A stretch of DNA of 64,000 bases from Dehalococcoidia bacterium (GCA_965204835.1 OZ242017.1:290336-354335), one strand, 5' to 3'. Shown: positions 20,344 to 31,497, counted from the stretch's first letter. The notes: generated by a model not told the origin, from the sequence alone. Numbers and translations: made by a program.

Positions 20344-20787
20344 TCAGTCCTTGCGGATGATGCGGCCCTGCTTCTTCTCGAGGCGGGCCAGGGCGCGCCC
20401 CTTGTCGGGGTGCGGGTCCTTCACGAGGCCGTAGATCTCGCGGCCTTCGTGGTCTTCTGGGAGGTACTCGGTGATGGGAAGACCTTCCTCATTACAGAAG
20501 AGCAGTCAGTGGCAGTACTTGTATTTCTGCATCTCCTCGCAGGCGCAGATCCACGTCGAGCGCTTCACCTCTGCTTCCTTGTCCTCGTAGAAGTTGCAGG
20601 GACACAGCGGGCGGCCGAGGTCGTCGACGTGCTTGGCGAGCCCGATCACGAGGAACTCGGTGATCTCGCGCTGCGGGTGGAGGTACGTGCCGCTCTTCTC
20701 GGCGAACTTCTCGACGAACTTCCACATCCGCTGCATGGACTTCTCGGACGCCTCCGCGCGGTCGGCGTCGGTTGGCTGTTCGAGCAC
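20344..20787 (-). CDS. Ferredoxin:thioredoxin reductase catalytic-subunit homolog with in-frame UGA (candidate selenocysteine) at the CHC active-site cysteine
   Basis: GTG 20787 with GGGAG SD. ...GLAKHVDDLGRPLCPCNFYEDKEAEVKRSTWICACEEMQKYKYCH-[TGA 20508..20506]-LLFCNEEGLPITEY...RIIRKD, then TGA 20346..20344. The motif CPC-x16-CxC-x8-CH[U] matches the FTRc spacing CPC-x16-CPC-x8-CHC. The frame stays open 53 codons past the UGA. A tRNA-Sec lies in the same window. Confidence 0.75.
20472..20491 (-). promoter_or_regulatory. SECIS-like hairpin downstream of the FTRc UGA
   Basis: RNA UGAGGAAGGUCUUCCCAUCA begins 14 nt after the UGA. Stem GGAA/UUCC extends through UG/CA with one bulged A. Apical tetraloop is GGUC. 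Folded by eye only. Confidence 0.4.
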
Positions 20788-21000
20788 GGTCGGCTCCCGC
20801 CCGTTCCTGGGTGCGTGGCTACAGAGTCAGAGTATCACGACGCCCTCGCTGGCACCGCGCCGCCGCGAGGCCGTCGTGCGTGGAGTGGACAGTCGCGTGG
20901 GGCGAGCAGCAGGCCGTCCGAGCCATCCCGAGTGACCCGCGCCGCAAGCGAAGGAGCCGCTCCCTGTGTCTCCCTGGGGGCGACCCATCCGGCAAGCGAA

Positions 21001-21026
21001 CGGGCCGCCCGGTTGGGGGCGGCCCG
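21001..21026 (-). terminator. Hairpin after groEL (candidate terminator)
   Basis: CGGGCCGCCC-GGTTGG-GGGCGGCCCG, a 10-bp GC stem starting 26 nt past the groEL stop. Poor U-tract. Confidence 0.5.
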
Positions 21027-21051
21027 CCGTGTGTTCGCGGTGGACGCGAGG

Positions 21052-22767
<1,716 letters not shown>

Positions 22768-23067
22768 CTAGCCGTCGACGAGCTTCGCGAGGACATCCTG
22801 GAAGCGGATGATGATGTAGTCCTCGTTCTCGACGTTGATCTCCTGGCCCGTGTACTTCTGGTAGAGGACCCGGTCACCCTCGCCGAGGTCGATGGTCTCG
22901 ACCACGCCGGCGTCGTTCATCTTGCCGGGGCCGACGGAGACGACGTTGCCGTGCTGGGGCTTCTCCTTCGCGGAGTCGGGGATGACGAGCCCGGAGGCCG
23001 TCAGCTCTTCCTCCTCGATGGCCTGCAGCACGATGTGATCGGTGAGCGGGACGACTGATGTAGCCAA
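22768..23067 (-). CDS. groES: Co-chaperonin GroES
   Basis: 99 aa, TTG start. ...SGLVIPDSAKEKPQHGNVVSVGPG...GDRVLYQKYTGQE. Confidence 0.93.
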   Translation of the reverse strand: MATSVVPLTDHIVLQAIEEEELTASGLVIPDSAKEKPQHGNVVSVGPGKMNDAGVVETIDLGEGDRVLYQKYTGQEINVENEDYIIIRFQDVLAKLVDG

Positions 23068-23206
23068 GTTCGGTTACCTCCCCATTTGCCTGGTGCCTGC
23101 CTGGTCCGGTGCGGGCCGCTGCACAGCGGAACCCGGCCGGAGTGCTCGCGTTCGCTCGCCGGCGGGGGCGCACGTTCGTGCCCGGACCGCTGCGGCGAAC
23201 GGTAGC

Positions 23207-23233
23207 TTAGCACTCTATATGGGAGAGTGCTAG
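23207..23233. promoter_or_regulatory. CIRCE (HrcA operator) upstream of groES
   Basis: TTAGCACTC-N9-GAGTGCTAG against consensus TTAGCACTC-N9-GAGTGCTAA. Lies 140 nt upstream of the groES start. Confidence 0.85.
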
Positions 23234-23268
23234 CGCCGGGTCACGGTGAGCGAGGGGCTGGCTGATAC

Positions 23269-23595
23269 ATGAATTCGTGTATGCTGGAGGGCATGGCGGA
23301 GGAGAGCGGGCGGTACCTGGCTGGCGGCGGCGAGCGCCGCGATGAGGACTGGGCCAGCGGGCGCGGCGTGCGCCGGCTGCGCCGTCACCTCGGTGAGACG
23401 CAGGCGGCCTTCGCGGACCGCCTCGGCACGAACCAGCAGACGGTCTCGGAGTGGGAGCGCGGCGCGCGCCGGCCGCGGCGCATGGCCCGGCGCCTGCTCC
23501 ACCTCGTCGCCGAGCAGGCCGGCTACTACGACGCCACCGACATCGACACCCCGGACGCGGACGGCGACGGGGAAGACGGGGAGGGGGACGGGTAG
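23269..23595 (+). CDS. XRE-family helix-turn-helix transcriptional regulator with acidic tail
   Basis: 108 aa. HTH LRRHLGETQAAFADRLGTNQQTVSEWERGARRP. C-terminal DTPDADGDGEDGEGDG. Confidence 0.7.
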   Translation: MNSCMLEGMAEESGRYLAGGGERRDEDWASGRGVRRLRRHLGETQAAFADRLGTNQQTVSEWERGARRPRRMARRLLHLVAEQAGYYDATDIDTPDADGDGEDGEGDG

Positions 23596-23599
23596 CGCC

Positions 23600-24670
23600 A
23601 TGACGCCCACGCTGACCGCGCCGCGCGCCGCCGCGCTCGCCGCGCCGCTGCAGGAGCGGGAGCTCGTCGCACTGTGGCTGCTGGGGCGCGTGCCGGCGGA
23701 GCTCCTGCCGTGGCCGCTGCTGCGCGCGGGCCGCGCCGGGCGCGGGCCCGGCCCGGACGTGCGCGAGGCCGCGTTCGCGGGCCCTCACGGCGTCGTGCTC
23801 TGCGGGGACGTCGAGGTTCACCTCGCCGCCACGGACTTCGTCCACCACGGCCATCTTGATGACCCCGCCTACGCGGACGTGGTGCTGCACCTCGTGTGGC
23901 GCGACGACCGGCCGCCGGGCGGCCCCGCGGAGGCCGGGGGGCCGCAGCCGCTGCCTGGGGGCGGCGGCGCACCCACCGTCGAGGTCGGTCCGGCGCTCGG
24001 GTCGGACCCGGCCCGGCTGCGGCGGCTGCTGCGCAAGGGCCCGCGGGGCACGGAGCCCTGCGCGGCCACCGCACGCGCTCGCGGCCCCGCCGCCACGGCG
24101 GAGCTCGTCCGCGCCGAGGGCCGCAGGCGCCTCGCGGAGCGCGCCTGGCACGCCGCCGCGCTCGCCGCGGAGCACGGCTGGGACGGCGCGTGGGAGGCGC
24201 TGCTGGACGGCGCCCTGCGCGGCAGCGCCGGCCGCCGCCGCGAGACGCCGGAGCAGCGCGCCGCGCTCGCCGCCCGGCTCGCCGCGTCGCTCGGCCTCGA
24301 CGTCCTCCAGTCGTTGCGCTCGCTCGCCGTGGAGGGCGGGGCGCGGCCGCGCGCCCTGATCGCCGCGCTCCGCGGCGGTGACGCCATCGGCCCGGGCCGC
24401 GCCGCCGAGGTGGGCTGGAACGCAGCGCTCCCGCTGCTCGCCGCCTCCGCCGCCGCCTTCGATGACCCCACCCTCGCCCGCGCCACCGCGGACCTCGCCG
24501 AGCGCTGGCCCGCGCCTCGCCCCTATGGCCGCACGCGCGCCCTCGCGGATCTCCTTGGCCCACCGCCGCGCGGCGCGGGCGCCCAGCACGCGCAGGGCCT
24601 CCTCCACCTCCAGGACCTGTGGTGCAACCGCGGCGGCTGCGGGCGGTGTCCCGCCTCTTTGCAGGACTAA
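23600..24670 (+). CDS. DUF2851-like protein
   Basis: 356 aa from ATG 23600 inside track ORF 23342-24670. ERELVALW..., GDVEVHLAATDFVHHGHLDDPAYADVVLHLVW..., C-terminal QGLLHLQDLWCNRGGCGRCP. Family assignment from memory. Confidence 0.6.
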   Translation: MTPTLTAPRAAALAAPLQERELVALWLLGRVPAELLPWPLLRAGRAGRGPGPDVREAAFAGPHGVVLCGDVEVHLAATDFVHHGHLDDPAYADVVLHLVWRDDRPPGGPAEAGGPQPLPGGGGAPTVEVGPALGSDPARLRRLLRKGPRGTEPCAATARARGPAATAELVRAEGRRRLAERAWHAAALAAEHGWDGAWEALLDGALRGSAGRRRETPEQRAALAARLAASLGLDVLQSLRSLAVEGGARPRALIAALRGGDAIGPGRAAEVGWNAALPLLAASAAAFDDPTLARATADLAERWPAPRPYGRTRALADLLGPPPRGAGAQHAQGLLHLQDLWCNRGGCGRCPASLQD

Positions 24671-24852
24671 CTTCGGCTCGTCTGTGGTCTTCTGGCGGCA
24701 GTCATGCAGCGCTTACGTGCTGTTGCGGGCTCGAATCTGCGGGCAGTGTCCTGCCTCTTGCGGTAGTCATTTCGGGCTCGTCTGTGGTGTTCCGGCGACA
24801 GTCATGCTGCGTCTGCTTGTTAGTGCGCGGCCGAGTCCGCGGATCGGTCGGG
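24637..24852 (+). repeat. Tandem 100-nt repeat: copy 1 24637-24736, copy 2 24737-24836, plus about 16 nt of a further unit
   Basis: CTGCGGGCGGTGTCCCGCCTCTTTGCAGGACTAACTTCGGCTCGTCTGTGGTCTTCTGGCGGCAGTCATGCAGCG... recurs exactly 100 nt later with scattered substitutions and 1-nt indels. Copy 1 includes the last 11 codons of the DUF2851 gene. Confidence 0.85.
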
Positions 24853-24919
24853 AGAGCTCAGGGATGACGCGGAACGCGTCGTCGCTCGGCGCTCGTGCGC
24901 CCCTGTGACGGGAGAGCCG

Positions 24920-24925
24920 TAGAAT
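24920..24925 (+). promoter_or_regulatory. Candidate -10 box for selC
   Basis: TAGAAT ends 6 nt before the first tRNA nucleotide. No convincing -35. Confidence 0.35.
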
Positions 24926-24931
24926 CACCGC

Positions 24932-25028
24932 GGGAGTGGATGGTGTCCGGTGGCGCCCGCGGTCTTCAAAACCGTTGTGGGGCTGCGTCGCAGTCCCGGG
25001 TGGGTTCGACCCCCACGCACTCCCGCCA
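24932..25028 (+). tRNA. selC: tRNA-Sec (anticodon UCA), CCA encoded
   Basis: 97 nt. Acceptor GGGAGTG(G)/(G)CACTCCC with discriminator G and CCA. 6-bp D-stem GGTGTC/GGCGCC with 4-nt loop. Anticodon loop CUUCAAA (TCA at 24966-24968). Long variable arm GGGGCUGC...GCAGUCCC. T-arm GTGGG-TTCGACC-CCCAC. Aligns block by block with E. coli selC recalled from memory. Confidence 0.9.
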
Positions 25029-25040
25029 CCGGCGTTCGCC

Positions 25041-25140
25041 GGGCTTTGCAGGAGGTTCCCGGCCTTGCTTGCCGTGGCAGGCGACGGTCATGCGGCTCCG
25101 GACCGTCGGCGGTCGACCGGGCTTGCTGGGGTGGGCTTGC
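25041..25140 (+). repeat. Diverged third copy of the about 100-nt repeat, downstream of selC
   Basis: Shares the blocks TTTGCAGGA and GGCGACGGTCATGCGGC with copies 1 and 2 (TTTGCAGGA; GGCGGCAGTCATGCAGC / GGCGACAGTCATGCTGC) in the same order and spacing. Confidence 0.45.
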
Positions 25141-25348
25141 CTGCCTGCCGTCTGGGTGCGGCGGCGCTCCACTGCGGCGCGCGAATCACCCCCAGGCTGT
25201 GACCCGTTCCTGCTCAACGCTCCCTACTGACCAAGCGGCTCCCACGTCCCACGTGTCCTGACTGGATCGGTGAGCCGGTCGCCGCGCAGACACTCGGAGG
25301 ATCGGAGCACAGGCTCCCCCGTGTCCGGCACGCTGGCGCACCCTCCTG

Positions 25349-26428
25349 CTAAGACGCGCGAATGCGCGCCAGGAGGCGGTCTTCCCAGGACCAGTCGAAC
25401 TCGAGCGACTCGTGGAGGCCCTCGGAGCGGTACCACTCGTAGGTCTGCTCGACGGCGGTGCGGAACGTGTAGGCGGGCTCCCAGCCGATGTCGCGGCGCA
25501 GGCGTTCGATCGAGAAGACCGTGCTCTCGTTCCAGCGATGGATGTACGGGGCCAGGCGCTGGATCATCTGCTGCAGGTACGGGAGATTGCGCTGGCTCTG
25601 CGGCGCGGTCACCGCCCCGAAGTTGCCCGGCTCCTCGGGGTCGTCGGCGAGCGCGATCTCGCCGTCGTAGATGGCGTCCATCGTCCCGGGCGGGATGAAC
25701 ACCTTGTCCGCCTCGACGCCGAGGATGTCGGCGAAGGTGTCGACGTAGCCCTCGTCGCTCCAGTAGTCGCGGCCAGTCAGGTTGTAGCGCTTGCCGAAGG
25801 TCTGGGGCTGCTGCATCAGCATGCGCATGGCCGCGGCCTCGTCGTCGACGTGGCCGATCTGGCTGAGCGTGGTGCCGTCGCCGGGGATCATCACCGGGCG
25901 GCCCTGCAGAAGGCGGCTGAACATGCGCTGCTCGCGCACGGGGATGATGTTGTGCGGGCCGAACACCATCGAGAACGGCACGATGGTGGCCGGGAAGCCG
26001 TGCTCACGGTGCTCGCGCAGCAGCATCGCCTCGCACGCCAGCTTGTCCAGGCCGTACTGCGACTGCCGATCGGTCCCGTCGACGGGCGAGCTCTCACGGA
26101 TCGGCAGCACCTTCGTGGCGGCGTAGATCACCGTCGAGCTGGCGAAGATGTAGTGGCCGGTGCGGCCCTTGAAGATCTCCACCATGATCTCGACGTCCTC
26201 CGGCGTGTATCCGGAGATGTCCTGGATGGCGTCGAACTCCTCGTCCGCGAAGACCTCACGCATGCCGTCGTGGTCGGTGCGGTCGCCGTAGAGGCGGCGC
26301 ACGCCGCGCGGCAGCTTGGCCTCGGTCTGGCCGCGGTTGAAGATCGTGACGTCGTGGCCGTGCCGGACCAGCTCGTGGACCAGCGCGAGCCCGTTAAAGC
26401 GCGTCCCGCCCATCACCAGCACCTTCAT
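25349..26428 (-). CDS. NAD-dependent epimerase/dehydratase family protein
   Basis: 359 aa from ATG 26428. MKVLVMGGTRFNGLAL (Rossmann fold), catalytic YGLDK. Confidence 0.85.
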   Translation of the reverse strand: MKVLVMGGTRFNGLALVHELVRHGHDVTIFNRGQTEAKLPRGVRRLYGDRTDHDGMREVFADEEFDAIQDISGYTPEDVEIMVEIFKGRTGHYIFASSTVIYAATKVLPIRESSPVDGTDRQSQYGLDKLACEAMLLREHREHGFPATIVPFSMVFGPHNIIPVREQRMFSRLLQGRPVMIPGDGTTLSQIGHVDDEAAAMRMLMQQPQTFGKRYNLTGRDYWSDEGYVDTFADILGVEADKVFIPPGTMDAIYDGEIALADDPEEPGNFGAVTAPQSQRNLPYLQQMIQRLAPYIHRWNESTVFSIERLRRDIGWEPAYTFRTAVEQTYEWYRSEGLHESLEFDWSWEDRLLARIRAS

Positions 26429-26529
26429 GGTCGCCTCCCTGCGTGTGCTCCGACTGCTCGTGGATCGTCGGGCCGCTACGCGCCGAGCGCCTCGGCCCGC
26501 AGGCGGAGGCACAGAACGGCCCACCCGCC

Positions 26530-27171
26530 TCAGCCCGCGAGGGCGGAGGCAAAGAACGGCCCGACAGCCTGCTCGATCGCGTACTCGTCGCCCCACCAGA
26601 AGTGGTCGGCGCCCGCCACCACGCGCACCGACGCCTCGCCCGCGCACGACTCGGCGAGGGCCTGCAGCCCGGCCTCGTTGCTGCCCTCGTCCTCGCTGCC
26701 GGAGATGAGCAGCAGCGGCCCCGTGAAGGCGGCGAGGGCGTCGTGCGCGCCCTCCGCCATCATCAGCGGCAGCGAGACCAGCGCCAGCGCCGGGAGCGCG
26801 TCGCCGGCCACGCCCACCGCGGTGCCCGCACCGAAGGAGTAGCCCGCGAGGCCGACGCGGTCGGCGTCGATCTCATCGAGGCCGGCGGCGTACGCCAGCA
26901 CGCTGGTGGTGTCCGTGCGGGCCTCGTCGCCGTCGCCGGGGACGCCGTCGGAGCCGCCGACGCCGCGGAAGTTGAACATGACGGCCGCGATGCCGCGCGC
27001 GACAACGCTCGAGGCGACGGCGGCGACGACGTTGTTGTGCATCGAGCCGCCGTACTCGGGGTGCGGGTGGCAGATCACGACGGCCCCGAAGGGGCCGGCA
27101 CCGTCGGGGAGTGTGAGCACGCCCTCCAGGCTGGCGCCGTCGCTCTCGATGGTGATGCGGCGTTGCGGCAT
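26530..27171 (-). CDS. Alpha/beta hydrolase (dienelactone hydrolase-like)
   Basis: 213 aa. ...VVICHPHPEYGGSM.N, nucleophile elbow LAGYSFGAG, C-terminal ...GADHFW. Confidence 0.72.
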   Translation of the reverse strand: MPQRRITIESDGASLEGVLTLPDGAGPFGAVVICHPHPEYGGSMHNNVVAAVASSVVARGIAAVMFNFRGVGGSDGVPGDGDEARTDTTSVLAYAAGLDEIDADRVGLAGYSFGAGTAVGVAGDALPALALVSLPLMMAEGAHDALAAFTGPLLLISGSEDEGSNEAGLQALAESCAGEASVRVVAGADHFWWGDEYAIEQAVGPFFASALAG

Positions 27172-27302
27172 GGCGGCTCCCCCGTGGGCGTGCGGCGCGT
27201 GCGTTGTGGCGCGCAGCCTACCGCATCGGCGCGGCCTCGCGACGCGGCCGCCGGGCCGGGCGTATGCTCGCTCACGGCAGACAGGGTTGAGGGAGGTGGA
27301 CC

Positions 27303-27734
27303 ATGCCGAATTTCCAGTACTTCTCCGTGGCCGTGCGCGACCTCGAGGCGGGCATCAAGCGCTACGAGGCGATGTTCGGGCTGAAGCAGACCGGCGAGAT
27401 CTTCGAGCAGCGCTGGGGCTTCCGCGGCGTGATGATGGGCAACGACGACGGGCACATGCTGGAGCTGGTCTCGCCGGGCGAGAGCGAGTCCGCGCTCAAG
27501 CGCTTCATGGACATGCGCTCCGGCGAGGTGTACCCGGACGGCGAGGGCCTCTACCTGATCGGCATGGAGGTCGAGGACATCGGCGAGGCCGTCCAGCGTG
27601 CGCGGGACGCGGGCGCGACGGTCACGCTCGAGGAAGAGTCGCCGAACAGCGCGTGGGTGCATCCGCTGAGCAACGGCAACGTCTTCGTCGAGTTCAACCA
27701 GGTCTCCGACGAAGACGACGAGGGCGACGAGTAG
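27303..27734 (+). CDS. VOC/glyoxalase-family protein with acidic tail
   Basis: 143 aa. ...FSVAVRDLEAGIKRYEAMFGL..., HMLELV.P..., GLYLIGMEVEDI, ...VHP. Confidence 0.75.
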   Translation: MPNFQYFSVAVRDLEAGIKRYEAMFGLKQTGEIFEQRWGFRGVMMGNDDGHMLELVSPGESESALKRFMDMRSGEVYPDGEGLYLIGMEVEDIGEAVQRARDAGATVTLEEESPNSAWVHPLSNGNVFVEFNQVSDEDDEGDE

Positions 27735-27741
27735 CGCGCCA

Positions 27742-28045
27742 TATCCGCCCGGCAGCGTAGTAGCGCATGCGCTATCAGGACCGGGCGGATCTGCGTGAGG
27801 AGATCGAGCGACTGGGGCAGCGGCGCGCGAAGCAGCCGCTACGGGCGCCCGCCCGGCCGTCGACGTTCGTGAGAGCGGATGCGAGCGCGAAGCTGGCCGA
27901 AGTAGTCCGCATCGACGGTGAGCGCCGACCGTGACGCCGCGCCTTCGAGCAACAGGCCACGAAGGCGTTGCCGATCCCCGTCCTTGCGGATCAACTCGCG
28001 GATGTGCTCGCTGGACGAGCTCTAGCCGCGACCGTTCACATGCTG
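27742..28045 (-). pseudogene. Degraded ParD-like antitoxin (N-terminally truncated, internal TAG) followed by about 30 codons of a possible ParE remnant
   Basis: Minus-strand reading VDQHVNGRG*SSSSEHIRELIRKDGDRQRLRGLLLEGAAS...DADYFGQLRARIRSHE...*. This resembles the ParD pattern ...GRY.SASEV.R..LR.L......L...L..G. There is no start codon or RHH beta-strand, and a TAG at 28024..28022. Confidence 0.4.
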
Positions 28046-28063
28046 GTCCACGCGACCGCCGTC

Positions 28064-28908
28064 CTACAGCTCGATGATCTCCGCCGGCTCGGGCGTGGGG
28101 ACGCGACGCTCGCGCGGCACGCGCGCGGCCTCCAGGCGTGAGAGCAGCGCCAGCGCCTTGCGGGTGTCCGACGCGACGCGCGCCGGCTCCGCCAGCCGGA
28201 AGCGGTACTTCGAGCACCAGTAGGTGAACGCCGCCATCTCCGCCTGGCTCACGTTCGACCCCAGCGTTGCGCCCGTCTCGATGCGGTACTCGGCCGCGAG
28301 GTCGGCGAACGTCTTGCTGTAGACGCGCTCGTACGCCGCGACGTCCGAGGGCTCGCCGCGCGGCCCCTCCAGGTGTCGCGCCTTGTGCAGGTCCTGCTCG
28401 GCCTGGAGCAGCAGCGCCTCCTCCACGGTCACGCCGTACTGGAAGTTGAGGTGCGCGCGGTACTTCTCGCGGCCGATGGCGCGCGCGAACGCCTCCTCCG
28501 AGGGGTCCTCGCCCAGCGGCGGCCTGCCCTCGAAGACCAGCCGCTCCGCCTCGTCGGCGGGGATGAGGTCGCCCGCGGCGTCGATCAGCCGCTCGGCCAG
28601 CCGTCGCCAGTCGAACGCCTCGCCGCCGAGCAGGTAGCGGTAGGTCGCCTCGTCGACCCGCTCCTCGGGCGTGACCCAGCGCCCCACGACGGCGAGCAGG
28701 GCTGGATACCACGGCTCGCCGGCCCGCAACGCAGCCAGGAACGACTCGACGCCTTCCTCGGCGTCGAGCGCGGGCAGCAGCGGCTGGTCGAAGTCGTCGA
28801 AGCTGTCGAGGCCGGGGTGGCTGTCGGCGGCGCTGGGCGCGGGGGCGCCGTTGCGGCGGGACTTCGACGCGCGGCGCGCGCGCTTCGTCGTGCCGCCGCG
28901 GGCGGGGG

Positions 28909-28912
<4 letters not shown>
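28064..28912 (-). CDS. Hypothetical protein translationally coupled to secA
   Basis: 282 aa from GTG 28912 (GTGA overlap with the secA stop). Basic N-terminus, no motif recognised. The track ORF 28064-31054 is this gene plus a long shadow extension. Confidence 0.6.
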
Positions 28913-31476
<2,564 letters not shown>

Positions 31477-31497
31477 GGTTGCCTCTGCGCGGCGCGG

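Noticed and set aside
20506-20508. Alternative explanation of the two in-frame TGAs (here and at 59976-59978): pseudogenes, sequencing errors or frameshifts
   Set aside because: Not adopted as the primary reading. In both genes the same frame stays open to a natural C-terminus and the downstream residues match family-conserved segments. The TGA also falls exactly on the catalytic Cys column, and a tRNA-Sec is present. A TGC/TGT-to-TGA miscall cannot be excluded without reads or orthologs.
20788-21051. FTR variable subunit or another small partner gene next to FTRc
   Set aside because: The interval contains only the groEL terminator hairpin and shadow ORFs. The ORFs 20772-21149 and 20835-21185 are Arg/Pro/Ala-rich with no protein-like features.
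23207-24607. 466-aa minus-strand ORF
   Set aside because: It lies antisense to the XRE and DUF2851-like genes. It is extremely Arg/Ala/Gly-rich and would start inside the CIRCE element.
24637-24852. Possible CRISPR array
   Set aside because: There are only two to three units. The units are 100 nt long and directly abutting, with no unique spacers, and they diverge by point changes. No cas genes are in the window.
25029-25348. Genomic island integrated at selC
   Set aside because: No integrase or other mobile gene follows the tRNA. I found no convincing duplicate of the tRNA 3-prime end downstream, only a loose resemblance near 25235-25255. The next genes are ordinary metabolic ones.
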